From NCBI RefSeq assembly GCF_001194135.2, contig NC_068984.1, positions 92,760,336-92,824,335 on the forward strand: a stretch of DNA of 64,000 nucleotides, read 5' to 3'. The translations under genes and the position numbers were made by a program. This document shows, piece by piece, positions 21,932-34,549 of this stretch; within the stretch, counting starts at the first letter, position 1; each line of letters begins with the position of its first letter. Under the pieces are notes generated by a model. It was not told where the DNA came from, did no database searches, and saw only the letters and a program-made list of their open reading frames with translations. Source of the DNA: Octopus bimaculoides. Lineage: Eukaryota.

Positions 21932-24900
21932 ATCATCATCATCATCGTTTAATGTCCGCTTTCTATGCTGGCATGGGTTGGATGGTTTAACTGGGGACTG
22001 GTGAGTCAGATGGCTGCACAAGGCATCTGATGGCTGCACAAGGCATCTGATGGCTGCACAAGGCATCTGATGGCTGCACAAGGCATCTGATGGCTGCACA
22101 AGGCATCTGATATAACAGAGTTTCTACAGCTGGATGTCCTTCCTAATGTCAACCACTCTGAGAGTCATCGAATTTGATTTCGATTTCACTTGCCTCAACA
22201 GGTCTTCACAAGCAGAGTTTAGTGTCCAATGAAAGAAAAGTATGCCTAAGTGGGCTGGTTACACCACTGGCATAGGCCACAGGTTATGGTCTCACTTGGT
22301 TTGCCGGGTCTTCTCAAGCACAGTATATTTCCAAAGGTCTTGGTCACTAGTCATTGCCTCGGTGAGGCCTAATGTTCAAAGGTCGTGCTGCACCACCTCA
22401 TCCCAGGTCTTCCTGGGTCTACCTCTTCCACAAGTTCCCTCAACTGCTCGGGTGTGACACTTTTTCACACAGCTATCCTCATCCATTCGTACCACATGAT
22501 CATACCAGCGCAGTTATCTCTCTTGCACATCACATCTGATGCTTCTTAGGGCCAACTTTTCTCTCAAGGCACTTACACTCTGTCAAGTATGCACACTGAC
22601 ATTACACATCCAGCAGAGCATACTGGCTTCATTTCTTGCAAGCTTACGCATGTTCTCAGCAGTCATGGCCCATGTTTCACTGCCATATAGCATGGCTGTT
22701 TGTACACATGCGTCATACAGTCTACCTTTTACTCTGAGCGAAAGGCCCTTTGTCACCAGCAGAGGTAGGAGCTCTCTGAACTTTGCCCGGGCTATTCTTA
22801 TTCTAGCAGCTACATTTTCAGAGCATCTACCCCGACTATTGACTTGGTCACCTAGGTAATGGAAGCTATCAACTACTTCTAGTTTTTCTCCTTGGAATGT
22901 GGCAGAAGTCATTCTCTGCACATTTTCAGTGTTTATTGCTCCTAAGCATCTGGCACATACAAAAACTATCTTCCTAGTTAGCCTTCCTTTGATATTGCTG
23001 CACCTCTTAGGTGTCCATAGCTTACACTGGGTACATCTTATAGAGTTTCTATCTACACCTTTTCTACAGATCGAGCAGGGCCATCTACCTGAAGGGATTT
23101 GTGGTTTGTGCCTTTCTACTTATTAGGACTTTGGTTTAAGCTAGGTTGACCTCAAGGCCCTTCGATTCTAATCCTTGCTTCCACACCTGAAACTTCTCCT
23201 CTAGTTCTGATAGTGACTCAGCAATTAGTGCAAGGTCATCAGCATAGAGGAGCTCCCAGGGGCATCCTGTCTTGAATTCCTGTGTTATTACCTAGAGGAC
23301 TATGATAAATAGGAGGGGGCTGAGGACTGAACCTTGGTGGACCCTTACCTCTACCCGGAATTCTTCACTGTACTCATTGCCAACCCTCACCTAACTGACA
23401 GCATCTCTGTACATGACTCGCACAGCTCTCACTAACCATTCTTCTATCCCTAGTTTCCTCATTGACCACCAGATAAGGGATCGGGGGACCCTGTCAAAGG
23501 CTTTCTCCATGTCAACAAAAGCCAGGTACAGAGGTTTATCTTTGGCTAGGTATTTCTCCTGCAGCTGTCTTACCAGAAATATAGCATCAGTGGTGCTTTT
23601 CCCTGGCATGAACCAAACTGCATCTCATCTAAGCTGACTCTCTCCCTAATTCCCTCTGTTATTATTTGTATCTAAAGCATCACCTTTACCTTTGTAGCAG
23701 TTGACTATGGTGCTGCTACATCAGTCATTGGGTATGACTCCTTCATATATCACCTGGTTAACTATACAGGTGACTAGGCTATTGCCAACACTGCCAGATA
23801 TTTTGAGCATCTCTGCGGTGATTTCTGATGGGCCTGGGGCTGTCTCTGTCTTCATACTCTTAATTACTTTACCTACCAAGGTACTGTCAATTAGGATAGC
23901 TGGTCCCTCTGTTGGGTCAGCAGTCGGTAGACTCTCTTTCTCCCATTCATTCTCTTTATTTAGCAACCTTTCATAGTGTCGTCTCCAAACCTCTCTCTTT
24001 GCAGCCTCGTTTAATGCAAGTGAACCATCATTCATGCGGATACATTTCTCTTCTATGACATCACAATTCTCTCTCACACACTGTCTCGCCACACGAAATA
24101 CCTCAAGTCTTTGGTCCTCACGATGCAGAACACTGGCAAATTTTTTCTTATCTGCTTCCCCTCTGGCTAAATAAACCTGTCGTCTAGCTTCCCTTCTGGC
24201 AGTCTGATACAATTCCCTGATACCACCATTCTTCCAGTTCTTCCAAGCTTGTTTCTTTCGTCTAATAGCCCTGTCAACAACATTGTTCCACCACCATGTT
24301 ATTTTGGGTCAAGAGGGGACTTTGCACCATCCACAGATCTTGTCAGTGGCCCTCAGCAGGTTGTCCTGGAGAAACCTCCAGTTGTTTTCCACATCATGTG
24401 ATGCTATATCCCCCTCTATTTCATCAAAAGCTTCAAGTAATACGTCTCTAAATCTCTGTCCATTCACAGGATCTTTTAGCTTCCAGACCCTTCTCCTCCA
24501 TGCTGGTCATGTTCTGGGCATCCATTTAGCCCTGATCCTGAAGTTGCTAACTACTAGTCTATGTTGTGGGGTACATTCTTCGCCTGGGAAGGTTTTGGCA
24601 TATATAAACAGCCATCTTTTCCTTTTTCTAGCAAGGATGTAGTCAATTTGGCTAATGTGTCTGCCAGAACGGTAGGTGACTAGGTGACTAGCAGGTTTCC
24701 TGAAGTTAGTATTACAGACTATAAGATCATTTGCATCACAGAACTCCAGCAGTCTGGTTCCCTCCTCATTGCGGGAACCAAAACCATAGCCTCCATGTAT
24801 GCCATGGAAACCCCCTGCATATTGTTGAACCTGTCCATTGAAGTCACCAGCCACAAAGAGAAGGTCCCTGTCATTCGTCAATGAGGTAGTCTGCAAGAGG

Positions 24901-25330
24901 GTGTCATAAAATCGGTCTTTCTGTTCATCAAGTAGCTCCGGCTGAGGGGCATAGGCAAAGATAATAGTTGCTAACTCATAATGTAGCACTAATCTAATCT
25001 TAAGTATTCTATCACATACTCTGACTACCTCAATTACCTTATCAACCCATTTCTCTGCAAGAAGTATACCCACGCCCCCCAAGCCCATCAGTGTTCCCTG
25101 CCCAGAAAATCTTGTACCTATGTTCTTTGCCTGTGAGGAACCTAGCAGAGCCTCCTCTCCACCTTACTTCTTGGAGATAGCACAAATCTACACGTTTCCG
25201 TTCAAGCATCTCAACAATCTCACCTACCTTTCAGTGTGCCCATGTTGAGTGTGCCAACCCTGAGGGTGTGGGCAGTATCGGCTCATGAGACCCTGGGACG
25301 GGGGACAGCAGCATGATGTACCTGAAAAGA
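21932..25330 (-). mobile_element. near full-length RTE LINE (APE endonuclease, RT, PHD-like insert), inactivated
   Basis: RVGTLNMGTLK, LQEVRW, GVGILL, YAPQ, VAGDFNG, IDYIL, TPQHRLVV; RT motifs; (GAT)n tail at 21932. Confidence 0.95.
22009..22111. repeat. perfect 20-bp minisatellite, 5 copies
   Basis: (gatggctgcacaaggcatct)5 inside the RTE 3' UTR. Confidence 0.98.
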
Positions 25331-25534
25331 AAGCTCACATTTGACAGAATTCATAAACAAACAACCTGCATACACTAAACCATCATTTTTATGTGCTATA
25401 TGATCACTACCTTACATAGGAGATAAACCCTAAGTAGGGGTGGGGGTGATGTTAAGCCTTTAGAAGTGTTTCATGGGAGACAACCAAAGGATGATAGAAG
25501 ATAGCAACTTCCGGTACAGGTAGTGGGGGTGAGA

Positions 25535-26089
25535 GTATGGTGAATAAACTGTCATCTAAATTACGCAAAAATGAAAATAACACTGACATTACATAAAGAT
25601 ATCTTGAAATACTAAAGAGTAAATTTATTCAATAAAATCACCATTGGCTTCAACCTTGGTCTCTCGACGACTTCGGAATTTTGACCTAGGACAGCACTAC
25701 CTCCTCCAGGCACTTGATGCAGGCCTCTGTGTTGAGTCTGAGGCTGTGTGGGAGATGAATGGAGGCATAACGTCGCCATCACTAGTGCTCACTCCAAACG
25801 CCTTGATGTTGAACTGGATGTTTGATTTTTATCACTCTCGGTACATGTCTTCAGATTGACACCCAAACACTCTGAAATGTTTGTATTGGAGCTTCCGGTG
25901 TGAATGCCAAGTAGTACAGCATGTCATTTCCAAATTTCTGTCAGAGTGAATTGCTTCATGGTGCTGTTTTTCTCACAGACAGTGCCCAACTGACCCTACT
26001 ATACTGTGTAGTCAACAAAATCAAAACAAACAATGCGCACACCTAAAATTAAAAATATAAAATGGCGACAATTTACTCATCGCACCCTG
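25535..26089 (-). mobile_element. internally deleted maT-like (mariner-related) transposon
   Basis: Terminal TA|cagggtgcgatgagtaaattgtcgcc at 26089; FGVSTSDGDVMPPFI..LRLNTEACIKCLEEVVL joined to the C-terminus; left end uncertain. Confidence 0.7.
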
Positions 26090-26101
26090 TATATAAATCT
26101 G

Positions 26102-27364
26102 TTGGGTCATCCCATAAATAATGCGTTTTTTTTCAATTGCATGAACTAAAAGTCAGAGGGGGATGGGATAAACTACCAGCATCAACTTGCTATAAAAGCA
26201 GGTAGTAATTTTACTTAATCCTTATTCTTAGTGCAACTTTTGAAGAGTGGGGTTCGATTTTAAAAGTTATTTTTTTAAAGGCTATAACAGAAGTGACATT
26301 GGAGTATGTTTGGCGAATTTTGCTTCATGAGTTCAATAAAGGCAATAACGCAATGGAAAGAGCAAGGAAAATTAATGCAGTAAATGGGGATTGGACAATA
26401 AGCGTAAGCCAGTGTCAACAGTGGTTCCAGAAATTCCGTGCCTGAAACTACAGCCTAGAAGATGAGCCTCATCCCAGGAGATCTGTAGAGCTCGATGAGG
26501 ATGTCCTGCAAACTCTGGTGGAATGAAATCCCATTGTAATTGTTGAGCAACTAGCAGAGAAGCTTGGATTTGGTCATTCAACTATTGATCGACACCTGCG
26601 TACCATCGCAAAAGTCAGCAAATAGGTTCCTCACAGACTTTCTGAGTCTAATTACATGCAAAGAGTGAATTTGTCTTCTCTACTGTCATGTCTCACGAAT
26701 AAACCTTTTTTGGACCAAATAGTGACTGGTGATGAGAAATGGGTTCTCTATAAAAATGTCAAGTGCTAAAGACAGCAGGTAGGGAAAGGAGAAACACCGG
26801 CACCCCAGGCTAAAGAAGGTCTTTATCCATGTAAGGTGTTGTTATCTGTTTGGTGGGATATGAAAGGTTTTAGTCCACTGAACTTTTACACCCAAACCAA
26901 ATGATAACAAAGGAGATCTACTGTGAGCAGTTTGAGCAACTTAAGTTAGTGCTAGAAGAAAAACGACCATCTTTGGTTTCAAGACAAAAAGTATTCTTCC
27001 ATCAAGATAATGCTTGGCCATATACAATGAGAATGACATTCCAAAGGCTGGAGCAGTTCAAATAGGAAACAATGCCCCACCCACCATATTCACCAGACAT
27101 TGCCCCATCTAATTATCATTTATCCCACAGTCTTCAAAATCATGTATGAATCTTGTAGATGAGGTCATAACAGTACTGGAGGAGTATTTTTCATGATGGA
27201 CAAGTGAATTTTGGAAGGTGGTGCCTTGCAAGTCTACCTGATAGATGGGAGCACTGTAGAAAATGAAGAAGAGTATATTTTGGATTAAAAAAGAACTTTG
27301 TTTATCTTAATTTTGAAAAATAAAAGAAGTATAAAACAACTGCATTATCTATGGGATGACCCAA
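26102..27364 (+). mobile_element. mariner transposon, full length, dead
   Basis: TIRs ttgggtcatcccat(a)ataatgc at both ends; IVTGDEKW, FHQDNA, HPPYSPDIAPSNYHL. Confidence 0.93.
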
Positions 27365-28061
27365 TATATATATATTGTATTNNNNNNNNNNGGGGGGGGG
27401 GGGAATAAACACACGCACTATATACTCATTCTTCACTCATCAATTACTGTTTTTATTCTAACTCATGTCCATTGTCTGGAAATCTTTCATCATGACATTT
27501 TCTGTCATGTGTGTTCCTGCTCTGCTTAGTCAGTTCTGTTCTATAGTGTATATTCTTATATGCGCATGTGTTTGTGTCTGTACGTGTGTGTCTGTACATG
27601 TGTGTGTATGTGTACATGTGTGCATGTATGTGTGTGTGTGTGTCATTCTTTGTAGCACTATGACCCTCCCCTCACCGCTGTTACCTCCCCTGTTGCTGTT
27701 GCCCTTAAACCTGACTTTTGGTACTGTTGCAGTATCTCCCTGTGTTTGTGCATTCGCCCTTGCTGCTACCATCATAGTAGTAGTTGTTGTTGTTGCCACT
27801 GTTGCTGTTGTTGGTCATGTTGATGTTATTGTGGCTGTTTGTGAAGTTACTGTGTGTGTTTGTGTGTGTATATGGGTTTGCTTACTATGTTATTTGTATC
27901 CTTTGCCCTTTATATAGTCTTTGTTTTCTTTTTTATTTACTTGTCTCATACATAGTGCATGTGTTTATTTGGAGAAAAAAAGCAAAACAACCATCCTGAA
28001 ATACAACAATATATGTTTCAACACAGTTTCACACCAGGAATCTTGCAACACAAATTCATAA

Positions 28062-28126
<65 letters not shown>

Positions 28127-28136
28127 NNNNNNNNNN

Positions 28137-28185
<49 letters not shown>

Positions 28186-28224
28186 CACACACACACACAC
28201 ACAATTCACATAATATCTGTAGCA

Positions 28225-30057
28225 TGGAAACTTGTAAAGCACCCCACTCTACATAATGCAGCCTTGTAGAATGCACATTGGAAAGTTGTTTCAACTGCTT
28301 GTCTATTGGGAGGTTTCCTTTTTGATGAAGACGTTCATGGCACTGCCTTTTGCAGCCCCCTAATTTATGAAGATCAGCTGAATTCAGAGGGCTGTCTCTC
28401 TGGCAGGCTTAAGTTTTTCTCTCAATAATTACTTTTGGGATGGAAAAAACCAATCCTCAACTGTGTTGCTACATCTACTCAGAATTGCAAATGGTTGCAT
28501 CACTTTTGAGCCCTTCCTGATTTCGGATATTGCATAAATGCATTAACAATACTCATATTTACTACATACCAAACCAGATATCGCCACCATTTATTACCTG
28601 GTCTCCCAATCAGGTAAAAGCTGATCATTTGACTCAAATGAATCTCCATCACCCATGTACTTGTTATAATCAAGGTTCACAAATGGGGTGCCATTTTCAT
28701 TCACATGTAGTTACAAACAGGTAGATAGAAATTGATTTGCTAGCAAATTTCCTTTCTGCCATTGGATTATTTCACCTCTTTTTAAAAAAATAATTTGCTT
28801 ATCTTATTTCCAATAGCATCCCTTTCCTACTTGCAAATTCTGTAGCACATTTTGTCACAACTTCTAAATCCACTGCTCTGGTTATGGTATGGGAATGATA
28901 AATTCCAAGCCACATCATACCCTAGGCCATGCTGGCTTACAATATTGTCCCTTTTCCCCATATTAAAATTGAATCCCTAGCAGTACCCAGTATTGACTTC
29001 ACAAATCTTCCAAACTTTGGTCCCCCATTTTGTGGATTTTCCAGGCATGTACTGTCAGAAGCATACTTGACCTTTATATCTCATCAAACCCTCATTGATG
29101 GATATGTTTGTACAATGTTTTATATGCATTTTGAATGCAGTCGATGAGAAGTCTTATTTTAATTAAGGGATCAAAATTTAGTTCTCCACATACTGATGTA
29201 CTGCTAGTGCCTCTTACATGTAGTTACTGTGATAATTTTATAAATCTTGTCCATGTCATAATACTGGAAATGTACTGATCTCTAAAAGGTCTGTTGCTGC
29301 TCTAGTAGTTTATTATTCTGGGTAATTTTCTTATACTCATAATTATATTGATTACAAAAAATGCTCAGATTTTGTCTAAGCAAATGAGAGACCACAAATT
29401 ATCTTTTTTATCTCTTTTTTTATATATTCTCCATAATGGTTTGTTTCTGCAGCAATTATTTCAAACAAAGAGACAAAAGTAATAAAAAATATAGTCTAAT
29501 GGTTTTTGTTGAGAAAGACTGTAACTAGGTCCAGTCTCTTCAGAAAAACCAGTAAGGAAAACAGTTTTTAAACTTTTACTCCATTCAGGTACAAATCCAT
29601 TTTCTCAGTTGCTGTCTTGAGTTAGCTTTGGAATCACTGGTTTGACTTATGGAAGTAGAAATGTCTGACTTATGATCACACACCATGTGGTTTTTGTATT
29701 CACTGTTTATTTTGCTTGATTTTTCCATGTCTTCAGTCAAAAATCCTTCAAATTCTTATTCACTACTTGACAACTTGAAACTGGTGTCCATTTTTCATCA
29801 GCAATAAAAATTTTCAAAAAATTGATGTAGAAAACATGTGGGGAAAAAATCTCCAAAAATTGATAGAGATCATGCCAAATTATGTTGGATACTGTATGTT
29901 TATGTTGTAAAACCATGTGTTTTCATGAATGTACTAACAAGATTTGCCCTGAAATTCTCATTTAAATAACTTTGTTACTTCAGCTGTTTTCAGGCAAATC
30001 AGTAACATAAGCCAAAAAAATTCTTGGACAGCCATAGCTGGGTTGGTAACAAGAGGG
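28225..30057 (-). mobile_element. piggyBac transposon with decayed transposase
   Basis: TTAA|CCCTCTTGTTACC end at 30057; LFEIIAAETN, SINEGLMRYKG..YMPGKSTKWG, YNKYMG, KWWRYLVWYVVNMSIVNAF, Cys-rich C-terminus ETTFQCAFYKAALCRVGCFTSFH. Confidence 0.85.
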
Positions 30058-30443
30058 TTAAGGACGTTTCCTCTTTTAATAATAATAAACTCTGATACAA
30101 TAAGAATATCCTTGTTTCCAGAGAAAGTAAGTTTCCTAAATTTCTTTACTCATTCAGTTTTCATTCAAATTCTGGTGATATTATTAACTCTATTCTGAGC
30201 CCTTGTTAGGCTATTAAAGTCCAGGAACTTGTAAATTGTATCACCAAGGAAAACCATTATCTTTTCATGTTGCTGGTAGTACCAGCATATGCAGTTCATA
30301 TGAAATTTTAAGTGTTACTTTTCTGCTGCCTAGCTTCCCAGTTCTTATTTAAATTTTAGATTTCTCTTGCAGCCAAATTGTGTTAAAGAATTTGTGAATT
30401 AACTTCAAAGAAATATCTTTAAAATAATTTTAAATTTTTCCAG

Positions 30444-30535
30444 TTGAAGAAAATACACAGGCTCTTGATTTTCCATTACATGAAGCTGCTCGACGAGGAA
30501 ATTTGAGCTTTCTCACAGAATGCATAGCAAATGGT
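30444..30535 (+). CDS. OSTF1: OSTF1 coding exon (ankyrin 1, 92 nt)
   Basis: ttccag|TT GAA...AAT GGT|gtaagt; (V)EENTQALDFPLHEAARRGNLSFLTECIANG. Confidence 0.95.
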
Positions 30536-32363
30536 GTAAGTTGGATATTATATAATGTTTCAAATGTTTCAAATGAATGGTAATTTAATATCTTGCATAT
30601 CACTATTCAAATTATGTTTTTACAATACATCAGTACATGAAATTTATTTTTTGTTCTTTGGCAACTACAAAAATTTTGTCACAATGTTTGATTGTTCGTC
30701 AACTCTGAAAGTGGAAGTGATATTTTACAATTACAAACATGTAGCAAGGAGATGTAATATAATTTTGCCAAGTCATAATTTTACATGCATTTGTGTAGGT
30801 GTGATCTGTGAGATAGAGGTTGAAGCATTGAATCCTCTAACCAAACTTATGTGTTAAAAGGATGGTAGTTCTGGTGTGCATAGTAATTCACTAATTTATA
30901 GACAATTTAGAAACAATTTAGTTTCATCAAAGTAATGATGTCTACATTTATTTTTAACCTATTTTTGTACACTGAATGTGAAAGGTTTTGTTGCATAATT
31001 CTAGTGTAGAGGAATTTTTTAACAACAAATGTACAAATGTTTATTTTGATCATTGCTGTTGCTTCTGCTTATATTAAAATAGTTTTATCAATATTCCTTT
31101 GCTAAAACGCAAAGTGGCTGTTTAGCTATGGTGTTAGTTCAAAGGTTGTAAGCTTGAATCTATGAAGGTTTTGTGTTTTATATGGGCATTAAGTAGTGTA
31201 GTTCACTTGAAAATAGATATCATCTGGGAATATTATATGAGATAGATTAGCATCCTATACAAAACAAGATGGAGCCATACCCATCTACCTGTTTATAACA
31301 ACTGTAGAAGTGATTAAGAGAAGCAGAAGCTAGTAGAAAGAGTGAGAAAATGTGAGAGAAGGTATAAAAAAAGTGTTGAGACAAAAAAATATGCAATTGA
31401 GACAATAAAAAGAATAGCAGAAAACACACACACACCGCTATTGCATATATAAAGGAAATATAAGAAAATGAATGTGTATGTGATAACTAAGATTATAAAC
31501 CTAAAGCTGCATGTTTAATGCATCCAACTCTGACTATACTAATCACTAGTTTAAAGGTAATAAGGGATAACACTGAATACAAGCACATTAATATAGAGGA
31601 CTATTCATTCCTCTGGATAATGAATACTAGCCCCTATAATTTTTGCCATTAATGCAATGACTGAAAGTTTTAAATGGTGTCTATTGTCATAAACTGACTG
31701 CATGTTTCCTGATATCAAGTCCCTTTCCTAACACATCAGGATGAAAAGTTTATGAGAAGAAACAAATTTTTGTACTTTTTCTAATCATTGTCATGTTGTA
31801 ATCATCTTAAACACAAATTATGTTACCTAGTAAGTAGGAACTATATATTGCTTGCCTCTGTCAGGAAATCTGAGCATTTTATGGAATCCCTTTCATAGGC
31901 ACCCTTATATAGAACATCTGAATCTTGGTTTTTGTCAGTTGCCTATGTGCATAATATTTTTTGTAACTATAAAGTTTAGAGTTCCCTCTGATGCTTTTCC
32001 CACATATTTAGCTGGATCCATTTCCTATGTAACTCAAGGATATTTTGCCACTTGTAATCACTCTGCACTTTTGTTTTACCATTTTTACTGTTGTGTTTTG
32101 GGATTTTAAAATAGTCATCCAGTTTTTGACATTTTCTATCGCATAACATTTTCCAAGTTCATCAAGTGCAACTTTAATTAATCTATGCTTATAAACAACT
32201 CATTAACCATAGGCTGCAAAAATAAGGAGCAGTTATTGATCAATAGCAATTTCTGTATGTTGTCTATTGAGAAAATGTGGCAGGAGTGTTCTGTAGATTT
32301 GCAATTCTGAGATGGAGATAGGTGTGTGTGTGTGTGCACAAGTATATGTATATATATATATAT

Positions 32364-32919
32364 AAGGTGAAGTATATTTGCTACTTAAATGCGGCTGACC
32401 CCTAAGGGTGGATGTTACTGTTGCTTTTAGCCCCAGGAGAACATCTCCTCCAGCTGGCTATTGACACACATCTGTGTCCTGTCTGTATTTGCAAAGAGAA
32501 GTCATCCTNNNNNNNNNNCAGGAGAACATCTCCTCCAGCTGGCTATTGACACACATCTGTGTCCTGTCTGTATTTGCAAAGAGAAGTCATCCTTCCCATC
32601 TTGATCTGCGATACGTACGGACTCGAGTTTCTGGGTATTTACCTGTCCTCAGCATACGACAATCGCCGACCTTCGATACGAAAAATGTCCCGATGCAAAT
32701 ACGTATATACTTTTTCCAATGAAAATATTCACTGATCTCGAAAAAGTGATAACAAGCAATGTTAAATCTCTGAACAAGGTATTAGCAGTAACTGCACGAC
32801 AAGGTGAAGTATATTTGCCACTTAAATGCGGCTGACCCTTAAGGGTGGATGTTACTGTTGCTTTTAGCCCCATGAGAACATCTCCTCCAGCTGGCTAGTG
32901 ACACACATCTGTGTCCTGT
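32364..32919 (-). mobile_element. retrozyme-like element: 352-bp unit plus 119-bp terminal direct repeat, one hammerhead
   Basis: DR 32364-32482 vs 32801-32919 (4 mismatches); period 437 minus an 85-bp gap-flanking duplication gives 352; no ORF; abuts (TA)n. Confidence 0.7.
32614..32658 (-). ncRNA. type I minimal hammerhead ribozyme, GUC site
   Basis: CGTATG-CTGAGGA-CAGGTAAATACCCA-GAAA-C-TCGA-G-TC-CGTACG; 6-bp stem I; two A.C mismatches at the base of stem II. Confidence 0.75.
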
Positions 32920-33420
32920 GTCCATGTGTGTAATATAAAAGTTAAAAGAAAGATTAAATGCTTTTTAGTCATATTAACTCATTTTGTTCACCTGTTTGCA
33001 TAGGTATTACAATATCAAACATTCACTGAAACAACTGTACAGATCTATTTACATCCTGTAAATAGATATATGTTATATAAATGCATTACACCTATAATTG
33101 TTTGTCTCTCTTTCATCATTGATATCTGCTTGAACTTTGTCTTTCTTCTAGCCAACTCATCTGCTTCTGGAGTAATCTGTCCTAATTAAGAAGTTAGAAT
33201 TTAAGAATCGGTGCCTGTCTATTTTACATTTTCACTAGCATATTTATGCCCCTGTGTGTATGTGTGTGTACTCACACATTAACTTCTCTAAATTTAAAAA
33301 CATTGCATAAAATAAATATTTATACAACTCTATTTTTTCCATGTGTATATGTTATATATAAATATGTATATCTTCTTAAGACTGTTACATTGATTCTGTA
33401 TTTATATTTCAATGATATAG

Positions 33421-33540
33421 GTTTCTGTAAATTCCTTGGATAAAGCTGGATGTACTCCACTTCATTGGGCTGCTCATGGTGGACATACTCATTGCATGGA
33501 GACACTTTTTAATGTCAGCAACATAGAAATTAACGTTCAG
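33421..33540 (+). CDS. OSTF1: OSTF1 coding exon (ankyrin 2, 120 nt)
   Basis: atatag|GTT TCT...GTT CAG|gtttgt; [40 protein letters not shown]. Confidence 0.95.
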
Positions 33541-34549
33541 GTTTGTTAATTAAAAGATTATTTTTGCTCTAAAGAATTCTTTCTAGTTTCCTATTATTTA
33601 TATAGAAATATCTTTCAATAATGATGTATCTGTTTTCCATAACATAGGTTTCTGTCACTAAACTTCATAGTGGGACATTTAGTCATGTCAGGAAGATGCT
33701 GTTGATGGTGATGATGTTGATGATTTTAAGCGTCTTAGCATGCTCATTGCTCACTTAGCAGATCATTAGTGAGATTCCCCTAACTCACTGTCTCACATAA
33801 GATCTTGTAGGCCTACTATGTTTCCTATATAAAACTCGCATGTGGTGTTCAGAGCTTCGTAGAAGCCTACAAGAACTATAAGCTAAGCAAATTGATTTAT
33901 TTTATTTATTATATTTTCTTTTTTTCTTCAGTCTTTGCTCTCCTTAAATATGTGACTGTTTAATTGTTAAATTTGGTTAAATTTTCTCTCTCTTCCTCTC
34001 TTTCCTTATGTGGTTGAATGGATATAATCTCTCCATTTTCTATCGATAGGCGAATAACTTCCTATCAAATTTTAATTTTCTCTTTCCCTCTCTGATATTA
34101 TGGATAACAGATATATCTCTATTGATAGACAAATAATTTTCAACTTCAGTCAGTAAACTTTGTAATGGGACATCTAGTAATGTAATCTCAACTGAATCCC
34201 TTTCTTATTCCCTTTTTCACTCCCACCACCACCACCACTGCAAAGGTGACTTTACTTTATGTGCATATACTGATTGCTTATGCATGTTTGTTTTCCCAAT
34301 CATGAGCATATACATAAATTATGGTTATATATCTGTGCACATATTTGTAATGTATGTGTATGTAAATTTACATTTATTTGTATGTAAGTGTATTCCCACA
34401 AAGGTTTTCTGGGACTGAGGGAAACTGGAACTGCAATCATAACATTACTTTTCACACTAGGCACAAGGACCAGCTGCCTCCTGGCATGTGACCCCCAAAA
34501 TCTTTTTCTGTTCAGAAGCTGAAAACATCCCCCCAACCTTCTTCCCAAG

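Noticed and set aside
22009-22111. Regularly spaced repeats resembling a CRISPR array
   Set aside because: Units are directly adjacent with no unique spacers, lie in a LINE 3' UTR, and no cas genes are present
32434-32590. Third copy of the retrozyme-like repeat segment
   Set aside because: Exact duplication across a 10-N gap; treated as artefact and subtracted from the unit length
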